Of a stretch of DNA of 64,000 bases, positions 57,922-64,000 are shown one piece after another. The first letter of the stretch is position 1. The number at the start of each line of letters is the position of its first letter. Source of the stretch: an uncultured Pseudomonadales bacterium (GTDB taxonomy: Bacteria > Patescibacteriota > Microgenomatia > UBA1400 > PJMF01). The stretch covers positions 111,690-175,689 of the forward strand of contig CAYWDM010000001.1 of NCBI GenBank assembly GCA_964457085.1. Direction: 5' to 3'. The notes beneath the pieces were generated by a model, which searched no databases, was not told the DNA's origin, and saw only the letters and a program-made list of their open reading frames with translations. Both the position numbers and the translations under genes were made by a program.

Positions 57922-59313
57922 ATGCTCAACACTCTAACACTCAAATCAGCAATCGATAAACTCAAATCAGGTGAGATCTCACTTGAAAATCTGTATCAAG
58001 ATACGATGGCTGCGATCGCAAAAGATAACAGTCGTTTAAATATTTACCTGACATTGAATGAATCAGCTTTAGAACAAGCAAAAAAGCAAAATAATACACC
58101 ATTGGCAGGCGTGCCAATTGCAGTTAAAGACAATTTCTGCACTGCAGGCATTCGCACTACAGCTAGTGCAAAACTCTTGGAAAACTTTGTCCCGGTTTAT
58201 GAATCTACCGTAACTACTCGACTACTGAAGCAAGGCGGTGTCATTATTGGCAAAACCAACATGGATGCTTGGGCACATGGTTCGTCAACTGAGACTAGTG
58301 ATTTTGGATCGACTAAGAACCCACGAAATCCAGAACATTTACCTGGTGGTTCATCTGGTGGCAGTGCTGCTGCAATCTCTGCAAATCTCTGCATCGGCAG
58401 CCTTGGCAGTGAAACTGCCGGCTCAATTCGTCAACCAGCTGCTTGGTGCGGCGTGGTGGGTCTTAAGCCCACATATGGTCGAGTGAGTCGGTATGGCGTC
58501 ATCTCCATGGCTTCATCCACTGACAGTCCAGGTCCAATTGGCAAGACTGTTGAAGACACTACTATTTTACTGAACACCTTTGCTGGCCCAGATCCACTTG
58601 ATGGTACCAGTCATCCTGAAGCAGCACCTGACTTCACTCAATTTTTGAATAAAAGTATTAAAGGCCTAAAAATTGGGGTTATTTACCATGACATTGCCGG
58701 CATGGAAGAGATCAACTCTACATTTGAAGAACAGTTAAAGGTTTTTACTGAACTTGGGGCTATTGTGGAAAAAACCACTGCTCTCGATCCAAAATATGCC
58801 ATTGGCGTGTATACCGTTGTGCAACGTGGTGAGGTCAGTAGTAATCTTGCTCGGTTCGATGGCATTCGCTATGGTCATGACCGTAGTTTCTTTGGCAGAG
58901 AGGCCAAACGACGCATTATGCTTGGTACTTTCACATTGGCAAAAGGCTATGCTGAAAAATACTACGAGCTGGCACAAAAAGTCAGAACCATGTTTATTGA
59001 AGATTACAACAAACTATTCCAAAAATACGATGTGTTGATAGCACCAACTTCACCAGGATATGCCAAAAAACTTGGTGCCAGTGCAGCTTCACCCATGTTT
59101 GGTGAATTGGAGGATATGCTGGTTGAAGCAAGCTCAGTGGCAGGATTGCCTGGCATAAATGTGCCTTGTCATCTTGATCCTACCAGTAACTTATTCCTAG
59201 GAATGAACATCATCGCCCCAATGTGGCGAGAAGATTTGGTGATTCAAGTCGGCGATGCTTTTGAAAAGAACACCCCTTGGAACACTTGGAGGCAAGATGT
59301 CACTATACGATAA
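57922..59313 (+). CDS. gatA: Asp/Glu-tRNA amidotransferase subunit A
   Basis: GVPIAVKDN, GKTNMD, PGGSSGGSAAA, GSIRQPA, SSNLARFDGIRYG. Confidence 0.96.
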   Translation: MLNTLTLKSAIDKLKSGEISLENLYQDTMAAIAKDNSRLNIYLTLNESALEQAKKQNNTPLAGVPIAVKDNFCTAGIRTTASAKLLENFVPVYESTVTTRLLKQGGVIIGKTNMDAWAHGSSTETSDFGSTKNPRNPEHLPGGSSGGSAAAISANLCIGSLGSETAGSIRQPAAWCGVVGLKPTYGRVSRYGVISMASSTDSPGPIGKTVEDTTILLNTFAGPDPLDGTSHPEAAPDFTQFLNKSIKGLKIGVIYHDIAGMEEINSTFEEQLKVFTELGAIVEKTTALDPKYAIGVYTVVQRGEVSSNLARFDGIRYGHDRSFFGREAKRRIMLGTFTLAKGYAEKYYELAQKVRTMFIEDYNKLFQKYDVLIAPTSPGYAKKLGASAASPMFGELEDMLVEASSVAGLPGINVPCHLDPTSNLFLGMNIIAPMWREDLVIQVGDAFEKNTPWNTWRQDVTIR

Positions 59314-59803
59314 AAAAATCGGTCACTTTATGGTTGCCGTTGGTGCAATCATCGAAGATGTAGGTACCAATAAAATTTTATTGGTTAAAAGAAACGACCC
59401 TTTTCATTTTGGTGAATGGGAAGTTACGTACGGTCGACTTGATCAACATGAGGAAATCCTTGAGGGACTTGCTCGTGAATTAAAAGAGGAAACAGGTATA
59501 ACCAAATTTGAAGTCATTCAAGTGTTACGACTCTGGCACATCTATCGGGGAGAGAAAAAAGCAGAAAATGAAGTCATGGGTACTACCTTTCATATCCAAG
59601 TTAGTAGCCCAACGATCACTTTGAGTGATGAACACTCAGAATTTCGTTGGGTCAGCGTCGAAGAAGCACTGCAAATGATTTCTGTCAAAGGTATTAAAGC
59701 AGACATGGCTCACTTCGCGGAGATGATGCATTCGAAGCAACAACATGTATTAGTTGCCCAAGCAGATGAGACTACCAGTAGCATAATTTCAAGAAAAAAA
59801 TAA
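59297..59803 (+). CDS. NUDIX hydrolase
   Basis: G.....E.......RELKEETG Nudix box; GGAGG RBS before ATG 59297. Confidence 0.9.
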   Translation: MSLYDKKIGHFMVAVGAIIEDVGTNKILLVKRNDPFHFGEWEVTYGRLDQHEEILEGLARELKEETGITKFEVIQVLRLWHIYRGEKKAENEVMGTTFHIQVSSPTITLSDEHSEFRWVSVEEALQMISVKGIKADMAHFAEMMHSKQQHVLVAQADETTSSIISRKK

Positions 59804-59826
59804 ATACCAAAAACTAAGAAAAAATA

Positions 59827-61176
59827 ATGAAAAAAATAAAATACTACCCAATTATCGGTTTAGAAGTTCATGCAGAACTCAAGACAAAATCAAAAATGTT
59901 TTGTGGTTGTAAGAATGATCCATTCCATGCTGAAACTCCAAACTCGAACACATGTCCGGTCTGTTTAGGCATGCCGGGTGCACTACCAGTTGCCAACCAA
60001 AAAGCTATTGAATGGACCATCAAGCTTGGTTTAGCACTCAATTGCAAAATCAGTCTATTCTCAAAATTTGACCGCAAACATTATTTTTATGCAGATCTAC
60101 CAAAGGGATATCAGATTAGTCAGTATGATCAACCATTCTGCTACGACGGGTATATTGATACCAGCGAAGGCAGAGTCAGAATTCATCGCATTCATCTAGA
60201 AGAGGACACCGCAAAATTGCAGCATCAAGTCGTTGATGGCAAAAAGGTCAGTTTAGTTGATTTTAATCGCAGCAGCGTTCCCCTGGTGGAAGTGGTTACA
60301 GAGCCAGATATTAAAAATGGTGAACAAGCCAAAGAATATGGCAAAAAACTACGAGGCATCATTCGCTATCTGGACATTGGCGACTGCGACATGGAACAAG
60401 GTGGTATGAGACTTGAAGCCAACATCTCACTGTCACCAACTCAATACGACGGTAGCGAACAGTTTGTGTTGCCTGCATACAAAATTGAGGTTAAAAACAT
60501 CAATTCATTTCGTTTCTTAGAACAAGCAATTAACTTTGAAATTGAACGACAATCTGTTGTTCTGGACGACGGTACGGTTCCTATCCAAGAAACTCGTGGA
60601 TGGGATAGCGTCAAAAACTGTACTTTTTCACAGCGAAGTAAAGAATCTGCTGAAGATTATCGGTATTTTCCAGATCCAGATCTAGCACCTTTTTCTTTTA
60701 CCACTGAATATATTGAAAAATTACGAGCAAAATTACCAGAACTGCCAGAGGAAGTCATGAGTCGATGGCAGAAAGAATACGGAGTCGAAACTACTGTGAG
60801 TGAGCAATTAGTAACCTCGCCAACCACAGTGGCATGGTATGACCAAGTCATGAGTCTGGCACAAACACAGCAAATAGCCCCAACCAAGATACTGAACGCA
60901 TTGATAAATAAAAAAATCGCTGTCACCACATCTCAACCACCACAGATGGCCATTGATGCATTCACCGCTCAAAATAGCACTGATGTTGTGGGCGAGAGTG
61001 AGCTTGAGACAGCTATTACCAATGTCTTGGTTGCAAATCCTGACACCGTAGAAAAGTTCAAATCGGGCAAAACAGCAGTGGTTGGTTTCATTATCGGTCA
61101 AGTGATGAGAACCATGGGCAAAAAACTCGATCATGCCGTCGTTTCTAGTGCTGTCATCAAAGCACTCTCAGCATAG
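59827..61176 (+). CDS. gatB: Asp/Glu-tRNA amidotransferase subunit B
   Basis: IGLEVH, CPVCLGMPGALP, FDRKHYFY.DLPKGYQISQ, DYRYFPDPDL. Confidence 0.96.
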   Translation: MKKIKYYPIIGLEVHAELKTKSKMFCGCKNDPFHAETPNSNTCPVCLGMPGALPVANQKAIEWTIKLGLALNCKISLFSKFDRKHYFYADLPKGYQISQYDQPFCYDGYIDTSEGRVRIHRIHLEEDTAKLQHQVVDGKKVSLVDFNRSSVPLVEVVTEPDIKNGEQAKEYGKKLRGIIRYLDIGDCDMEQGGMRLEANISLSPTQYDGSEQFVLPAYKIEVKNINSFRFLEQAINFEIERQSVVLDDGTVPIQETRGWDSVKNCTFSQRSKESAEDYRYFPDPDLAPFSFTTEYIEKLRAKLPELPEEVMSRWQKEYGVETTVSEQLVTSPTTVAWYDQVMSLAQTQQIAPTKILNALINKKIAVTTSQPPQMAIDAFTAQNSTDVVGESELETAITNVLVANPDTVEKFKSGKTAVVGFIIGQVMRTMGKKLDHAVVSSAVIKALSA

Positions 61177-61226
61177 GCACACAAACTGACAACAGACCAA
61201 CATCCTCGACTATAGCTATGGTATAA

Positions 61227-64000
61227 ATGGTGTTAGTGAACACAGCAAAAGACGCCATTTCCAGCAAAACTGAAACTCCAAAGAGCGACTCGGGTTCTCA
61301 ATTTGTGCATCTTCACGTCCACACTCAGTACTCGATGTTGGATGGTCTGTGCAAACTCTCTAAATTGGTTGATAAAGCAGTAAGCTGTGGACATACATCA
61401 CTAGCAATAACTGACCATGGCAATGTCTATGGTGCAATTCACTTCTACAATGCTTGCAGGAAAGCCGGAGTCAAGCCAATTATTGGCTGTGAGTTATATA
61501 TTGCTAAAAAATCTCGATTCGATAAGCAGGGCAAGCCTGGTTCAGATCAAGAGCATTTGACTGTTTTAGCCATGAATGCCGATGGCTACCGAAACATACT
61601 CAAGATGGTGACTACTGCACATCTTGAAGGGTTCTCATACAAACCGCGAATTGATCAGGAAATTTTAGAACAATTTAGCAAAGATATCATCGTGCTCTCA
61701 GGCTGTTGGTCGAGCCCTATTAACCATTTATTAAAAGATGGTGACTATGAGGGTGCAAAAGAAAAAGCTCTTTGGTACAAATCAGTATTTGGGAACCGGT
61801 TTTACATTGAGTTACAGTTGCCACCCTCATTTCCAGATGCTAAGCAACGCATGCAGCAGCTCTTGAGTCTAGCCAGAGAAATTGATGTGCAGGTTGTGGC
61901 CACCAATGACATTCATTACATTGAAGTAGATGACGCAGAAGCCCAAGATGCACTATTGTGCGTCCAAACTCGAAAACTGATTTCAGATGAAAAACGGATG
62001 AAGATGATCGATCATCCTGATTTTTACTATAAAACTACTGCTCAAATGCAGGAGTTATTCCACGATATTCCCGAAGCAATTGAAAACTCCACTGTAATTG
62101 CAGATCGCTGTAACGTCACCATTCAAACCGGACAACTGAATTTTCCTGCATATCCGCTGCCAAAAGGTGAAACAGAATCATCACTACTAGCCATCATGGC
62201 AAATGAAGGCATGCACAAGAAATTTAAAATAGTCACGAAAGAAGTCACTGACCGTCTCAAATACGAACTTGATATTATTCAACAAAAAGGCTATTCGACC
62301 TACTTTTTAATCACCCAAGATTTTGTTAACTGGGCAAAAAGCCAAGGGATTGGTGTCGGACCAGGAAGAGGTAGTGCTGCAGGCTCACTAGTGGCTTATT
62401 CGCTCAACATTACCACCCTGAATCCACTCGAGCATGGTTTGCCATTTGAACGATTCTTAAACCCTCAGCGACCAACGCCGCCTGATATTGATATGGACTT
62501 TGCTGATGATCGCCGTGATGAAGTGATTAGTTATGTGGCAGAAAAATATGGACATGACCATGTGGCACAAGTGATTACTTTTGGAAAAATGGAGGCACGC
62601 GTCGCCATTCGTGATATTGGCAGAGTGCTGGGTTTGCCATACGAAGATCCAGATAAAATTGCCAAACTGATTCCCAATGATCCCGGCAAACATGTCACTT
62701 TAAGTGACGCTCTGGCACAAGTGCCTGAGCTTGCTGAATATTACAAGCAACCTAAGATCAAGAAACTCATTGATTTGGCAAAAAAAGTTGAAGGCACTTC
62801 ACGTCATACCAGTGTTCATGCCGCGGCAGTGATTATTGGTGATAAACCGCTCCCAGAATACACCGCACTCCAACGCGATACTAAGTCTGGAAAAATGATC
62901 ACCCAGTACGATATGTATGCATTGGACTGCAACGTCTCTGATGATGCAATCGGTTTGTTAAAGTTTGATTTTTTGGGCCTGCGAAACTTATCAACTATTC
63001 AGACTGCAGTTCGGCTCGTTAAAGAAAATAAAAAAATTGAATTAGATATCGATACATTGCCTCTGGATGATCAAAAAACATTCGACTTGCTTTCCAGTGG
63101 CGATACCACTGGAGTATTCCAACTTGAGTCTGGTGGCATGAGACGGGTTGCTAAAACACTGCAACCAAACCAATTCAGTGATATTACTGCTATGGTGGCA
63201 CTATACCGACCAGGACCAATGGAGCTGATTCCCAAATTTGTAGAAGGCAAGCACAAACCTGAAACCGTGGTCTATCCACATCCCAGTCTAGAACCGATTC
63301 TCAAAGAAACCTATGGAATCATGGTCTACCAAGAGCAGATTTTGCAGATTGCCAATGTCATGGCTGGCTACTCCCTGGGAGAAGCCGATATTTTACGTCG
63401 GGCTATTGGTAAAAAGAAAAAAAGCCTGCTGGATGAAAATAAAAAAGGTTTTATTAAACAATCAGTTGATAAAGGTTATAAAAAAGAGATTGCTGAAAAA
63501 GTCTGGGGCTTTATCGAAGCTTTTGCCAACTACGGTTTCAACAAATCCCATGCTGCTTGCTATGCACTCATCGCGTATCAAACAGCTTATCTCAAAGCAC
63601 ATTTTCCAGTGGAATACATGACCGCACTGATGAGTGTTGAGTCGAATTCACATGGGGCAAACCGAGATGAAAAAGTGGCCGTCGCCATTGAAAATAGCAA
63701 AAAGATGGGCATCAAGATTTTGCCACCAGATATCAATAACTCTAGCGATGACTTCACCATTGAAGCCCACCCAGGATCACTCCAAGACTTGGCTGTGCGT
63801 TTTGGATTTACTGCTATTAAACATGCTGGAATCGCTGCAATTGAAAATATTTTGGCAACCCGAAAGCGAGTAGGTAAATTCACCTCGTTCACTCAATTTA
63901 TTCGAGAATCTGATGGTCGAAAAGTTAATAAAATGGTCTTGGAATGTTTAATTAAAGTTGGTGCATTTGATCAATTTGGGACTAGAGCCAGTATGCTCGA
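61227..64000 (+). CDS. dnaE: DNA polymerase III alpha subunit, 3'-truncated by the window edge (absent from the ORF track)
   Basis: Manual translation: FVHLHVHTQYSMLDG, AITDHGN, GPGRGSAAGSL, FERFLNP.R...PDIDMDF, KFDFLGL, YGFNKSH. Confidence 0.95.
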   Translation, partial: MVLVNTAKDAISSKTETPKSDSGSQFVHLHVHTQYSMLDGLCKLSKLVDKAVSCGHTSLAITDHGNVYGAIHFYNACRKAGVKPIIGCELYIAKKSRFDKQGKPGSDQEHLTVLAMNADGYRNILKMVTTAHLEGFSYKPRIDQEILEQFSKDIIVLSGCWSSPINHLLKDGDYEGAKEKALWYKSVFGNRFYIELQLPPSFPDAKQRMQQLLSLAREIDVQVVATNDIHYIEVDDAEAQDALLCVQTRKLISDEKRMKMIDHPDFYYKTTAQMQELFHDIPEAIENSTVIADRCNVTIQTGQLNFPAYPLPKGETESSLLAIMANEGMHKKFKIVTKEVTDRLKYELDIIQQKGYSTYFLITQDFVNWAKSQGIGVGPGRGSAAGSLVAYSLNITTLNPLEHGLPFERFLNPQRPTPPDIDMDFADDRRDEVISYVAEKYGHDHVAQVITFGKMEARVAIRDIGRVLGLPYEDPDKIAKLIPNDPGKHVTLSDALAQVPELAEYYKQPKIKKLIDLAKKVEGTSRHTSVHAAAVIIGDKPLPEYTALQRDTKSGKMITQYDMYALDCNVSDDAIGLLKFDFLGLRNLSTIQTAVRLVKENKKIELDIDTLPLDDQKTFDLLSSGDTTGVFQLESGGMRRVAKTLQPNQFSDITAMVALYRPGPMELIPKFVEGKHKPETVVYPHPSLEPILKETYGIMVYQEQILQIANVMAGYSLGEADILRRAIGKKKKSLLDENKKGFIKQSVDKGYKKEIAEKVWGFIEAFANYGFNKSHAACYALIAYQTAYLKAHFPVEYMTALMSVESNSHGANRDEKVAVAIENSKKMGIKILPPDINNSSDDFTIEAHPGSLQDLAVRFGFTAIKHAGIAAIENILATRKRVGKFTSFTQFIRESDGRKVNKMVLECLIKVGAFDQFGTRASML

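Overview
Low-GC bacterial chromosome segment. Its gene content and style (DUF4012 protein, GT-39 membrane glycosyltransferases, split dcw cluster with no Mur ligases, homodimeric GlyRS, many apparently leaderless genes) suggest Patescibacteria/CPR, probably Microgenomates; this is an inference. The backbone carries two surface-glycan loci, recO, glyS and ileS (each behind a T-box with an ultrashort Stem I), mraZ-rsmH-ftsL-ftsI, parB, rplU/rpmA, rodA, murB-murA-mraY-ftsW-murG-ftsQ-ftsA-ftsZ, truB, lepB, three tRNAs, an FMN-like riboswitch with an ECF transporter, lemA-htpX, gatCAB and a partial dnaE. The standout is a ~10.3 kb minus-strand island (41512-51844) beside tRNA-Thr, built from five modules that share one RNA grammar: boxA-like motif, pairing arm, long hairpin, boxB-like A-loop hairpin, GUCAAUCCAUUCA motif, strong RBS, ORF(s), 3' hairpin, then an arm complementary to the 5' arm. 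Two junctions are identical 446-bp repeats, each containing a canonical type III hammerhead ribozyme. The cargo is a relaxase-free T4SS/conjugation-like membrane set (VirB4-like ATPase, lytic transglycosylase-VanW fusion, pilin/VirB6/VirB3-like membrane proteins) plus a divergent Rho homolog. All calls were made by eye; no database searches or folding computations were run.
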